Sequence record: NZ_CP104760.1
DNA: 64,000 nucleotides
Source of the DNA: a plasmid
Reading direction: 5' to 3' (one strand)
The notes below the pieces were generated by a model. It had not been told where the DNA came from. It saw nothing but the letters and a program-made list of their open reading frames with translations, and ran no database searches. Every line of letters begins with the position of its first letter. Position 1 is the first letter of the stretch. The position numbers and the translations under genes are program-made. Positions 1-9,348 of the stretch are shown piece after piece.

Positions 1-1041
1 GTCTGCGGCGCGATCGTGCCGTGGAATTTCCCGATGCTGATGGCGGCCTGGAAAGTGGCGCCTGCGCTGGCGGCGGGCTGTACCGTCGTGCTGAAACCCT
101 CGGAGGTCACGCCGCTTACCGCCCTGCAGCTGGCGGAGATTGCCCGCGAGGCAGAGCTGCCGCCGGGCGTGCTCAACGTTATCACCGGCTTTGGCCCGGA
201 GGCTGGCGCGCCGCTGAGCGAGCACCCGGATGTCGACAAGCTCGCCTTCACCGGCAGCGTGCCGACCGGCCGTAAAATCATGCAGACCGCGGCCGCTGAT
301 ATTAAAAACGTCAGCCTTGAGCTGGGCGGGAAGTCCGCTTTTATTGTGTTTGACGACAGCGATATTGAAAAAGCAGTGGAGTGGATCCTCTTCGGTATTT
401 TCTGGAACAAAGGCGAAGTCTGTTCCGCGACGTCACGCGTGCTGGTACAGCGCGGACTCTATGAGCCTCTGCTGGCGCGGCTGGTGGAGGAAGCGGAGAA
501 GATCCGCATCGGCAACGGCATGCAGGCGGACGTGCTGCTGGGGCCGCTGGTTAATGCGGCGCAGTATGATAAGGTCCGGCGCGCTATCGCGCAGGGCGTG
601 GAGCAGGGCGCGACGCTGCTGAGCGGGGGGGCGCGTCCGGCGGGACATGAGAAGGGCTTTTTCCTGCAGCCGACTATTTTTACCGATATGACGGAAGAGA
701 GCGATATCTGGCGGGAAGAGATCTTCGGCCCGGTGGTCTGCGTGCGGGCGTTTGACAACGAAGCGGAAGCCATCGCCTCCGCCAACCGTTCGCGCTTTGG
801 CCTGGCGGCCGCTGTTATGTCAGCCGATCTCGAACGCGCGGAGCGGGTAGCGCGCAGGCTACGGGCAGGCATCATCTGGATCAACTGTTCGCAGCCTACC
901 TTCACTGAGGCGCCGTGGGGCGGCTATAAGCAGAGCGGTATCGGCCGCGAGCTAGGCGAATGGGGATTAAACAACTACCTGGAAATCAAACAAATTACCC
1001 GCTACGACAGCGAAGAGCCCTGGGGCTGGTACCTGAAATAA
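1..1041 (+). CDS. NAD(P)-dependent aldehyde dehydrogenase, 5'-truncated by window edge (betaine-aldehyde / 2-oxoglutarate-semialdehyde dehydrogenase-like)
   Basis: Open frame from base 1. Contains typical ALDH motifs (ELGGKS, catalytic GEVCSATSR-type Cys region, EEIFGPV). Stop at 1039-1041. Confidence 0.85.
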   Translation, partial: VCGAIVPWNFPMLMAAWKVAPALAAGCTVVLKPSEVTPLTALQLAEIAREAELPPGVLNVITGFGPEAGAPLSEHPDVDKLAFTGSVPTGRKIMQTAAADIKNVSLELGGKSAFIVFDDSDIEKAVEWILFGIFWNKGEVCSATSRVLVQRGLYEPLLARLVEEAEKIRIGNGMQADVLLGPLVNAAQYDKVRRAIAQGVEQGATLLSGGARPAGHEKGFFLQPTIFTDMTEESDIWREEIFGPVVCVRAFDNEAEAIASANRSRFGLAAAVMSADLERAERVARRLRAGIIWINCSQPTFTEAPWGGYKQSGIGRELGEWGLNNYLEIKQITRYDSEEPWGWYLK

Positions 1042-1052
1042 GAGATAACGCG

Positions 1053-2078
1053 ATGCGCTGGAAAAAAACGCTACAGCTGATTGATGTGCACTGTGAAGGT
1101 GAGATAGGCAAAGTCATTACGTCGGGCGTCATAGATATTCCGGGCGCCACGATGCTCGACAAGATGAATTACATCAACGAGGTCGATGACAGTCTGCGCC
1201 GTTTAGTCACGCTGGAGCCGCGCGGCTGCCTGCAGATGTCGGTAAACCTGCTGCTGCCGCCGACGGTGCCGGGGGCCCATGCCGGTTTTATCGTGCTCCA
1301 GGCGGACAAAGCGCATCCAATGTCCGGCAGCAACTGCATCTGCGTGGTGACCGCGCTGCTTGAGACCGGCATGGTCGCCATGCAGGAGCCGGAAACCCGG
1401 GTCGTCCTCGACACGCCGGCCGGCATCGTGACGGCCATTGCACGCTGCTCCGACGGCCGCTGTCTCAGCGTTTCGCTCGATATGGTGCCCGCCTTTGTTG
1501 AGCATCTGGATCGCGAGTTCGAGATCCCCGGCGTGGGCAAGCTGAAGGCGGATATCGCCTTTGGCGGCGTCTACTATGCGCTGGTGGATGTGGAGCAGAT
1601 CGGTCTGACCATCGGGCCTGATAACGCGCGCGCCCTGGCGAGCTACGGCGTCGATTTTCGCCACTACATCAACCAGCAGATCAAGGTAGCGCATCCTCTG
1701 CTGCCGCAAATCAATGAGGTCGCCTACGTTATGTTTCGCCAGCGCGAAGAGAGCCGAATCTGGCGCACCTGCACTACGCTGCCGCCGGGGCGGGTCGATC
1801 GCTCACCCTGCGGCACCGGCAGCTCGGCAAACCTGGCGACGCTTGACGCGCGGGGCGAGGTTGAAATCGGCGATGAGCTGACCTCGCGCTCTACCATTAA
1901 CGGCGAGTTCAGGGTGCAGCTGCTCGGCCGTACGCAGGTTGGCGAGAAGTCGGCCGTGTTGCCGCGCGTAACGGGACGGGCCTGGGTTTACGGCTTTCAG
2001 CAGCTGGGGGTGGATCCGGACGATCCTCTCTCCGCCGGCTTTATGCTGAGCGACACCTGGGGACCGGCATTGTCCTGA
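1053..2078 (+). CDS. Proline racemase family enzyme (4-hydroxyproline epimerase / 3-hydroxyproline dehydratase type)
   Basis: ATG at 1053 with AAGAGA RBS, in frame with track ORF 960..2078. SPCGTGSSA motif typical of the PRAC superfamily. The first catalytic position may be Ser (MSGSNC) rather than Cys, so the exact reaction is uncertain. Confidence 0.8.
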   Translation: MRWKKTLQLIDVHCEGEIGKVITSGVIDIPGATMLDKMNYINEVDDSLRRLVTLEPRGCLQMSVNLLLPPTVPGAHAGFIVLQADKAHPMSGSNCICVVTALLETGMVAMQEPETRVVLDTPAGIVTAIARCSDGRCLSVSLDMVPAFVEHLDREFEIPGVGKLKADIAFGGVYYALVDVEQIGLTIGPDNARALASYGVDFRHYINQQIKVAHPLLPQINEVAYVMFRQREESRIWRTCTTLPPGRVDRSPCGTGSSANLATLDARGEVEIGDELTSRSTINGEFRVQLLGRTQVGEKSAVLPRVTGRAWVYGFQQLGVDPDDPLSAGFMLSDTWGPALS

Positions 2079-2130
2079 CTGATGCTGACCGCTAACATGC
2101 CTTTAAATTCTTCAGCCAAAGAGTCGGATA

Positions 2131-2841
2131 ATGCGCAAAAAAAGTGAGAAAGAAGAGGGAGCAGGACGTCGCCACGGCGGACGTTATATCTATGAAGAGC
2201 TGCGCCGCCAGATCCTCACGCTTCAGCTAAAGCATGGCGAGCAGCTGGATGAGATTTCGCTGGCGACCACCTTTGGCCTGTCGCGGTCGCCGGTGCGCGA
2301 TGCGATGGCGCGGCTGGTCAGTGAAGGGCTGGTGACTATTCTGCCCAACCGGACGGCGATCGTGACGCCGTTTGAGATTGAGGAGTTTCCTAACTACATC
2401 ACGGCGCTGGACTTAGTGCAGCGCGCGGTGACCCGTCTGGCGGCGCTGCATCGCAACGATGAGGATATCGCCCGTATCGAGGCGGCCAACGAAGCCTATA
2501 TGGAGATGGTTTATAAAGGTGACTTTAGCGCCATGACCGAGCGCAACAAGGAGTTTCATCTTGCGATAGCCGCTGCGGCGCGCAACGGCTATCTGGCGAA
2601 ATATTATGACAAATTACTGTCGGAAGGGCAGCGCATACAGCATTTACAGTTCGATTTTATGACGCGTCAGGACGCGCCCTCAAAGCTGGGACGGGATCAC
2701 GATGAGCTGATCGCGGCGATTAAATCGGGCGACCCGGATCTGGCGGACACCAGAGCGCACGAACATACGATGCTGTTTCAAAATCGCTTTCTGACCTTTA
2801 TGCAGCGCAATTTATTAAAGGATATGGAGCTGAACTATTAA
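2131..2841 (+). CDS. GntR/FadR-family transcriptional regulator (FCD C-terminal domain)
   Basis: N-terminal winged-HTH pattern (YEELRRQILTLQL...GEQLDEISLATTFGLSRSPVRDAM) followed by a helical FCD-like domain. Confidence 0.8.
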   Translation: MRKKSEKEEGAGRRHGGRYIYEELRRQILTLQLKHGEQLDEISLATTFGLSRSPVRDAMARLVSEGLVTILPNRTAIVTPFEIEEFPNYITALDLVQRAVTRLAALHRNDEDIARIEAANEAYMEMVYKGDFSAMTERNKEFHLAIAAAARNGYLAKYYDKLLSEGQRIQHLQFDFMTRQDAPSKLGRDHDELIAAIKSGDPDLADTRAHEHTMLFQNRFLTFMQRNLLKDMELNY

Positions 2842-2954
2842 TTAACGGCTCCGATTCTGCCCGCTGATTTTGTCGCACCCGCAGATTCGTTCCGGCAGAC
2901 TGCTGCCGCCTTTTTAAGCTTTTTCATATTTAACCATCGTTAAAAGGACTAAAA

Positions 2955-3710
2955 ATGAATCGCTTTCAGAACAAGAACGTCATTATTACCGGCGGCGCGG
3001 GAGGTATAGGCGAGGCCGTCTGCCGCCGCTTTGCGCGCGAGGGCGCGCAGGTGTGGATTCTGGACAGCAACGCCCGGGCAGCGGCGGCGCTGGCAGAAGA
3101 TATCAACGCTTCGGGCGGCAGGGCGCGCTGGCAGGCGGTGGATCTCTCCAGCCGAGAGGCGATTGCGGCCTTTGTCTCTGAGCTGAAAGCGCAGGAAAGC
3201 CGCATTGATGTGCTGATCAACAATGCGGGTATTAACCGGCGCGGCGCGCTGCTTGATCTGAGCGAAACGGACTGGGAAGAGACCTTTACCCTGAACCTTG
3301 ATGCGCTGTTTCATATGTGTCGCGCCGTACTGCCGCATATGATCGCGCAGGGCGGCGGCGCCATCGTCAATACCGCCTCGCAGTGGGGCCTGCACCCGGC
3401 GCCGGGTCATATCGCCTACAATACCTCTAAAGCCGCCGTGGCGGCATTTACCCTTAACCTCGCCCGCGACTACGCGCCGGCAAAGGTGCGAGTTAACGCC
3501 GTCTGCCCCGGCGAGGTCCGCACGCCCATGCTGGAGAGCAATCTTGCCCGCAGCGGCCGCTCGCTGGACGATCTTAATGCGCTGGTGCCGTTCGGGCGTA
3601 TTGGCGAGCCGGAAGAGATTGCCGCGGCGATCGCTTTTCTCGCTTCTGATGAAGCGCCCTATCTGTGCGGTTCTTTGCTGGAAATCACTGGCGCACAAGC
3701 CGTCGCTTAA
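2955..3710 (+). CDS. SDR-family NAD(P)-dependent oxidoreductase
   Basis: TGGAGGIG Rossmann motif, NNAG, catalytic Y-x3-K (YNTSKAAV). Confidence 0.85.
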   Translation: MNRFQNKNVIITGGAGGIGEAVCRRFAREGAQVWILDSNARAAAALAEDINASGGRARWQAVDLSSREAIAAFVSELKAQESRIDVLINNAGINRRGALLDLSETDWEETFTLNLDALFHMCRAVLPHMIAQGGGAIVNTASQWGLHPAPGHIAYNTSKAAVAAFTLNLARDYAPAKVRVNAVCPGEVRTPMLESNLARSGRSLDDLNALVPFGRIGEPEEIAAAIAFLASDEAPYLCGSLLEITGAQAVA

Positions 3711-3724
3711 CCAAAGGAGTGAAG

Positions 3725-4477
3725 ATGAGTTCTCTGTCAGGAAAAACGGTGCTGGTAACCGGTGCGACCAAGGGCATCGGCAGCGAAATAGTAAAAGCGC
3801 TGCTCGCGGAAGGCGCGAGGGTTATCGGTCACTACGGCCGCGACAGGCAGAGCGCCGGGCAGATGCTGGCACGCTATCCCGAACGTCTGCAGTTGATTCA
3901 GTCAGATTTAGCGCAGGCGGACGGCGCACAGCGGCTGTGGCAGCAGGCGCTGAGCCTCACCGAGACCATTGACGTGCTGGTGAACAACGCCGGGATTTAC
4001 GTCGCGACGCCGCTGAACGACGCGGCGGCCTGGGACGACGGCTGGCAGCTTAATTTACAGGTGAATCTGAAAGCGCCGGCAGACCTGTGCCGACTGGCTA
4101 TCGAACACTTCGCCGCGCACGGCGGCGGCATCATTATCAATATGGCCAGCCGCTCCTCACATCGCGGCGATGGGCCGGATCATCTTGCCTACGGCGCGGC
4201 TAAAGGCGGTCTGCTGGCGCTGACCAAAGGCATCGCGCGCGGCTACGGTCATCAGAACGTGCTGGCCTACGCGCTGGCGCCCGGCTGGGTGCGCACCGCC
4301 ATGGCGGAAGAGCATATCGCCAGCGTTGGCGAAGAGAAGGTCACGGCCGATCTGCCGCTGCGGGAAGTGACGCCTCCCTCCGACGTCGCGGCGATGATCG
4401 CCTTTCTCGCCAGCGGTAAATGTCGCCATGCCACCGGCTCGACAATCGACATTACAGGCGCAGACTACGTTCGTTAA
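3725..4477 (+). CDS. SDR-family oxidoreductase
   Basis: Start ATG 3725 preceded by AAGGAG RBS; the track ORF extends upstream into the previous gene. TGATKGIG, NNAG, YGAAK motifs. Confidence 0.85.
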   Translation: MSSLSGKTVLVTGATKGIGSEIVKALLAEGARVIGHYGRDRQSAGQMLARYPERLQLIQSDLAQADGAQRLWQQALSLTETIDVLVNNAGIYVATPLNDAAAWDDGWQLNLQVNLKAPADLCRLAIEHFAAHGGGIIINMASRSSHRGDGPDHLAYGAAKGGLLALTKGIARGYGHQNVLAYALAPGWVRTAMAEEHIASVGEEKVTADLPLREVTPPSDVAAMIAFLASGKCRHATGSTIDITGADYVR

Positions 4478-4491
4478 CGTTTTCTCTCGTT

Positions 4492-4536
4492 GCGGGCATG
4501 CTTAAAACCTCTGTTCGGCGTCTGCCCGCCTTTTCT
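4492..4536 (+). terminator. Possible rho-independent terminator after SDR gene pair
   Basis: GCGGGCA...TGCCCGC inverted repeat followed by CTTTTCT. The loop is long. Confidence 0.3.
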
Positions 4537-4994
4537 GAGCTGTTCCTGATCCATTAAGCCAGGCTTAACCCTTTGTAAGTATGCGGATATATCGCCTGGC
4601 TTCTCTCTGCCTCTCTGTGCAAGATGTGATCTTGGTCACATCGTCCCGATCTATTAATCATAATTTAAAGTTATGTAAACACGCTGCATTGACTTTGTTA
4701 AAGGCCGGGATCTATCCTTCACGCCGCCATGTGTACAGGTTTGTATGCATTTATCTGCTGAAGCAGATTACGCAATGCTTAAAGCACAAGGCTGATAAAG
4801 ATGCGCGGACGCTAAGTCCAGGTTGCAACATCAAATAACCCCGCAAAATTTATGACGTTCCTGTTCGTAACTGAAACGGGCGGGCAGCCTTTTGCCTGAT
4901 AACTGTCGGCGGGAAAGGACGTCTCTTTTCACCGGGATATTTATCAGTTGAGAGCGGAGTGGATGCCTTTATTAATTAACAAGGGAAATAATTT

Positions 4995-7373
4995 ATGGAT
5001 GTGAATAAAACGGGGAAGCTCGGGCGAATCTGGCTAAGGCTGGTTGGCATTGTCACCGCCCTGGCCGGTCTCTATTTTATCGGCGGCGGGGGCTGGCTGG
5101 TCTGGCTGGGCGGCAGCGGATACTTTTTGATTGCTGGCGTGCTGCTGCTCGTCAGCGGTATTTTACTGTTCCGCCGTCATATGGCGGGCGCACTGCTGTT
5201 CGGCGTTACGCTGATCTTCAGTATTATCTGGTCGTTAATGGATGTTGGGCTGCAGTTCTGGCCGCTCTTTTCCCGACTCTTCGCACCCGCTGCGGGCGCG
5301 GTGCTGATTGCGTTTTCCGTTCCTCTGCTCTCCCGCCATCGTCAAACGCGTCACTGGTCGCTGGCCTTCGGCGGCGTGGTTGCGGTTGGCGTAATTGCCG
5401 CCTTTATCAGCACCTTCCAGCCAAAGGGAATTATCCGCAACGGAGATGTGGCAGCAAACAACGCGTCCGCTCACGATATCGCACCAGACTCCGGCCCTCA
5501 GGACTGGCAAACCTGGTCGGGAGATAGCAGGGGCTCACGCTTTTCAACGCTGAGCGATATCACCCCTGAAAACGTAAACGATCTTAAGGTCGCCTGGACG
5601 GCGCATACCGGCGAAGCCGTGGTGCCGGATAAAGGTGATGCGGAAGATCAGAACACGCCGCTGCAGATCGGCGACAGCCTGTTTGTCTGCACCGCCTACA
5701 CCTCGCTGATCTCCTACGATATCGACAGTGGTCAGGAAAAATGGCGTTACACCGCGGGCCGGGGCAACTCTACCTATCAGCGCTGCCGGGGCATTGGCTA
5801 CTTTGATGCGACCCGCGCTAAAAACGTGGTATCGCCAGGCAGCGCGCTTGACGCCTCCGTCAGCCCGCAGCGGCTGTTCTTCCCAACCGGTGACGGGCGC
5901 CTGGTCGCCATTGATGCGCACACGGGCAAGCCCGCCGCGAACTTTGGCGATAACGGCGTTGTCGACCTGAAGACCGGCATGGGTGAAGTGAAGCCTGGCT
6001 ACTATCAGCAGTCTTCCGCGCCGTTGGTGGCTGGCAACCTGGTTATCGTCGGCGGCCGCGTTATCGATAACTTCGAAACCGGTGAGCCGCCGGGCGTGGT
6101 TCGCGCCTTCGATGCCGTGACCGGAAAGCTGGTATGGGCGTGGGATCCAGGTAATCCTGCGGTGACGCGCGAGCCGCTCTCCCCGGCAGGTTACACGCGC
6201 GGCACGCCAAACGTCTGGGTCGGTATGTCTTATGACGCCGATCTCGGCCAGGTTTACCTGCCAACAGGCAACGCCACGCCGGACTTCTTCGGTGGCGAAC
6301 GTACCCCGGAAGATGACAAGTACAGTTCCTCTATCGTGGCGGTCAATGTGGCAACCGGTCGTCCGGTCTGGCACTTCCAGACCGTTCATCACGACCTGTG
6401 GGACTTTGATGTCACGGGCACGCCGCTGCTGTATGACATTAAAAACGATGACGGCACCGTCACGCCTGCGCTGGCTGAAACCTCTAAAACCGGCATGATT
6501 TACCTGCTCGATCGCCGTAACGGTAAACCGATCGCGCCGATTGAGGAGCGTCCTGTACCACAGGGCAATCTGCCGGGCGAACGCTATTCGCCTACGCAGC
6601 CTTACTCCTCAATGCCGGGTATCGGCAATGAGACGCTGAAAGAGTCCGATATGTGGGGCGCCACGCCGTTCGATCAGCTGCTGTGCCGCATTCGCTTTAA
6701 GTCCAGTCGCTATGAAGGCATTTTTACTCCTCCTGGGCTGGATATGACGCTGCAATATCCAGGATCGCTTGGTGGAATTAACTGGGGAGGCGTCTCAGTT
6801 GACCCCACGACGAATCTGATGTTTGTTAATGATTTACGTCTGGGTCTGTACTACAAAATGGTCGCTGCCAAAGACATTCCACCGGGACAAGGCACCAGCG
6901 AAGGGATGGGGTGGATTGTCCAGAAAGGGCTTCCGTTTGGTACTTTGCGTGAGCGTCTGATGTCGCCGCTGGGTGTGCCTTGCCAGGCGCCGCCTTTCGG
7001 CACGCTCTCGGCGATTAACCTGAAAACGCATCAGCTGGTATGGCAGATTCCAGTAGGCACCGTCCAGGATACCGGGCCGTTAGGGATACCGGTTGGCCTG
7101 CAGATGCCGCTGGGTATGCCAACCCTGGGGCCATCGCTGGCCACGCGTTCTGGCCTGCTGTTCTTTGCGGGTACGCAGGATTTTTATCTGCGCGCGTATA
7201 ACAGCCACACGGGCGAGGAGCTGTGGAAATCACGTCTGCCAGTGGGTAGCCAGAGCGGTCCCATCACCTACCGCTCGGCGAAGACAGGCAAGCAATACGT
7301 GGTTATTTTTGCCGGCGGTTCACCACATTCTGGCAAGCGCGGCGATGACGTTATCGCCTACAGCTTGCCCTGA
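4995..7373 (+). CDS. gcd: Membrane-bound PQQ-dependent glucose/aldose dehydrogenase (quinoprotein Gcd family)
   Basis: Five N-terminal TM helices then a PQQ beta-propeller. Recognisable Gcd blocks (TVHHDLWDFD, DRRNGKP, MWGATPFDQLLCRIRF, YEGIFTPP, LRAYN..GEELW, YVVIFAGG). A quinate/shikimate-DH paralogue cannot be excluded. Confidence 0.8.
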   Translation: MDVNKTGKLGRIWLRLVGIVTALAGLYFIGGGGWLVWLGGSGYFLIAGVLLLVSGILLFRRHMAGALLFGVTLIFSIIWSLMDVGLQFWPLFSRLFAPAAGAVLIAFSVPLLSRHRQTRHWSLAFGGVVAVGVIAAFISTFQPKGIIRNGDVAANNASAHDIAPDSGPQDWQTWSGDSRGSRFSTLSDITPENVNDLKVAWTAHTGEAVVPDKGDAEDQNTPLQIGDSLFVCTAYTSLISYDIDSGQEKWRYTAGRGNSTYQRCRGIGYFDATRAKNVVSPGSALDASVSPQRLFFPTGDGRLVAIDAHTGKPAANFGDNGVVDLKTGMGEVKPGYYQQSSAPLVAGNLVIVGGRVIDNFETGEPPGVVRAFDAVTGKLVWAWDPGNPAVTREPLSPAGYTRGTPNVWVGMSYDADLGQVYLPTGNATPDFFGGERTPEDDKYSSSIVAVNVATGRPVWHFQTVHHDLWDFDVTGTPLLYDIKNDDGTVTPALAETSKTGMIYLLDRRNGKPIAPIEERPVPQGNLPGERYSPTQPYSSMPGIGNETLKESDMWGATPFDQLLCRIRFKSSRYEGIFTPPGLDMTLQYPGSLGGINWGGVSVDPTTNLMFVNDLRLGLYYKMVAAKDIPPGQGTSEGMGWIVQKGLPFGTLRERLMSPLGVPCQAPPFGTLSAINLKTHQLVWQIPVGTVQDTGPLGIPVGLQMPLGMPTLGPSLATRSGLLFFAGTQDFYLRAYNSHTGEELWKSRLPVGSQSGPITYRSAKTGKQYVVIFAGGSPHSGKRGDDVIAYSLP

Positions 7374-7446
7374 TGGCAGACGCCTGTAGCAGGTGAACAG
7401 CGCTCAGGAGAGCCGTGAGTGACGCTCGCGGCTCGCCTGTTACTGG

Positions 7447-8358
7447 CTACTGATAGATGATTCCCGGCGGGTTCACCTCTGACGCGCTGACCGCTTCGCT
7501 CGACTGTCCCCACCGCTTTAACGCCTCACGATACTTCCCGTTCTGAATCAGCCCGTTTATCGCCTCCTGCAGCGCGATGTCCAGGCCGTTTCCCTTTTTG
7601 CTTGTGACGGCGACCGGCGTACGATAAGGGCCATAGCCGATGATTTTGGTTTTCCCGTTCAGCGCGACTTTCCAGGAGGCGGAAGAATCTGGACCAAACA
7701 TTGCGTCGGCGCGTCCTGAAAGCAGGTAGAGCATGGAGGAGGCTTCGTCCGACAGATAGATGAAGTCGACAGGCTTCAGCCCCTTTGCCCGGTTTTTTTC
7801 ATCCCAGCTGAGCAGTATTCTCTCCTGATTGGTGCCCGACTGAACGATGATGCGCTTGCCTGCCGCTTCCTCAGGGGAGTTGATGCTGGTCAGGCTGCTG
7901 TCAGCCCTGGCGGAAAAGCTCTGTCGGCTGGAGCGGTAGGTGGCGAAATCAAACTTCTTTTTTCTCTCCTCGGTGACCGCGATATTAAACATGGCCGCAT
8001 CATACCGCCCGGAGGTAATGCCCAGCGGCCAGTCCTCCCAGGCGGCCGGAATAATTCTCAGCTTCAGCCCCAGGCTCTGCGCAATCAGCGACGCGATGTC
8101 CGGATCGCTGCCGATAAGCGATTTATTGTCAGAGCCGAGAAAGTAGAGAGGCGGCGAATGGGTGGTTGAAATGGCGATGGTCAGATAGCCCGGCGTAATA
8201 AAGTGAAAATCTGCAGGTATTTTTGCGACAGCGTTGGGGTTAATCGGGGCGCTCAGCGGTTGTTCATTTTTGACAATATCCACGCGCTTAAAATCATCTG
8301 CATAGAGCGTGAGAGGAAGAAAGAGGGTAAAACAAAGCAGTTTTGCTAATAAGTTCAT
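7447..8358 (-). CDS. ABC transporter substrate-binding protein, family 3 (polar amino acid/cystine type)
   Basis: Signal peptide, SBP_bac_3-like sequence, paralogue of 10771..11712. Confidence 0.8.
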   Translation of the reverse strand: MNLLAKLLCFTLFLPLTLYADDFKRVDIVKNEQPLSAPINPNAVAKIPADFHFITPGYLTIAISTTHSPPLYFLGSDNKSLIGSDPDIASLIAQSLGLKLRIIPAAWEDWPLGITSGRYDAAMFNIAVTEERKKKFDFATYRSSRQSFSARADSSLTSINSPEEAAGKRIIVQSGTNQERILLSWDEKNRAKGLKPVDFIYLSDEASSMLYLLSGRADAMFGPDSSASWKVALNGKTKIIGYGPYRTPVAVTSKKGNGLDIALQEAINGLIQNGKYREALKRWGQSSEAVSASEVNPPGIIYQ

Positions 8359-8559
8359 CGGGCGGTCCTTATCTGGCCGAGGCGTGGCCTTAATTAATAA
8401 TGACGGGAGTGCATATCTTTTTATTCGCGTATCAGCGGGAAATAACGATATCCTGTTTTAACGCGTTTGCTTAATAACCATTCCGGCTATCAAAGCCGTT
8501 ATATTAAATAACGGCTTTTCTTTGGGGCGGGAGGAAAGCAAGAAGACGCTCAATAACTT

Positions 8560-9348
8560 TTATAGCACCCGTGACAGGAACTGTCGGGTGCGCTCATTTT
8601 TGGCATCCGCCAGAATTTCCGCACCGCCGGTTTCAATAATTTTCCCGTGATCCATAAAGACAATATTGTCGGCAACTTCGCGTGCAAACCCAATTTCGTG
8701 CGTCACCACGACCATCGTGGTACCTGAGCGGGCCAGGTTTTTGATAACCTCCAGCACTTCGCCCACCAGCTCGGGATCGAGCGCTGAGGTTGGCTCATCA
8801 AAAAGCATCACGCGCGGCCTGAGCATCAGCGCGCGGGCAATCGCTATACGCTGCTGCTGACCGCCCGACAGATGTCGCGGCCAGGCGTCGGCCTTATGGG
8901 CGAGTCCCACGGTGGTCAGCAGCCTGCTGGCGAGCGCGATAGCCTCATCTTTCTTCAGCTGCTTATGCGCGACCGGCGCCTCAATTAAGTTCTGCAGAAC
9001 GGTCATATGGGGGAAAAGGTTAAAGTTCTGAAAGACGTAACCCACGTTAATGCGTTGCTTAAGGATCTCCTTCTCCTTAAGCTCGTGAAGCCGATCGTTT
9101 TTCTTTCTGTAACCGATATATTCCCCGTCTATTTGAATAAAGCCCTGATCGACGCGCTCAAGGTGGTTGATGGTTCTTAACAGCGTTGATTTTCCCGAGC
9201 CGGAAGGCCCCAGAATAACGGTAACGGTACCCGGTTTAATATTGAGCGAAATATCATCCAGCGCCTTATGGCGTCCAAAGTATTTTGTGATGGATGAAAT
9301 CACGATCTCACCGCGCAGAGGCTTATCGAAATCGACGGCTTTAAGCAT
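8560..9348 (-). CDS. Amino-acid ABC transporter ATP-binding protein
   Basis: Walker [10 protein letters not shown], signature LSGGQQQR, Walker [12 protein letters not shown]. Confidence 0.9.
   Translation of the reverse strand: MLKAVDFDKPLRGEIVISSITKYFGRHKALDDISLNIKPGTVTVILGPSGSGKSTLLRTINHLERVDQGFIQIDGEYIGYRKKNDRLHELKEKEILKQRINVGYVFQNFNLFPHMTVLQNLIEAPVAHKQLKKDEAIALASRLLTTVGLAHKADAWPRHLSGGQQQRIAIARALMLRPRVMLFDEPTSALDPELVGEVLEVIKNLARSGTTMVVVTHEIGFAREVADNIVFMDHGKIIETGGAEILADAKNERTRQFLSRVL

Noticed and set aside
3665-3724. Upstream extension of the second SDR ORF (track start 3665)
   Set aside because: The extension overlaps the stop region of the previous gene and lacks an RBS. ATG 3725 has AAGGAG and starts the canonical MSS..KTVLVTGATKGIG N-terminus.
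4581-4838. 85-aa ORF upstream of the PQQ dehydrogenase
   Set aside because: AT-rich promoter-like DNA. The translation is hydrophobic and His/Lys junk with no RBS and no domain.
5544-6392. Long antisense ORFs nested inside confident genes (e.g. 5544..6392 in the PQQ dehydrogenase, 26707..27723 in the PTS gene, 46003..46965 in the cytochrome c gene, 38350..38871 in hyuA, 1203..1709, 2949..3698)
   Set aside because: Typical high-GC shadow ORFs. They lack RBSs and recognisable domains, and they fully overlap well-supported genes on the opposite strand.
8493-8519. Hairpin AAAGCCGTTA-tattaaa-TAACGGCTTT between the ABC ATPase and SBP genes as a terminator
   Set aside because: On the coding (minus) strand it is not followed by a U-tract. 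It is more likely an intercistronic stability or REP-like structure; not called as a feature.
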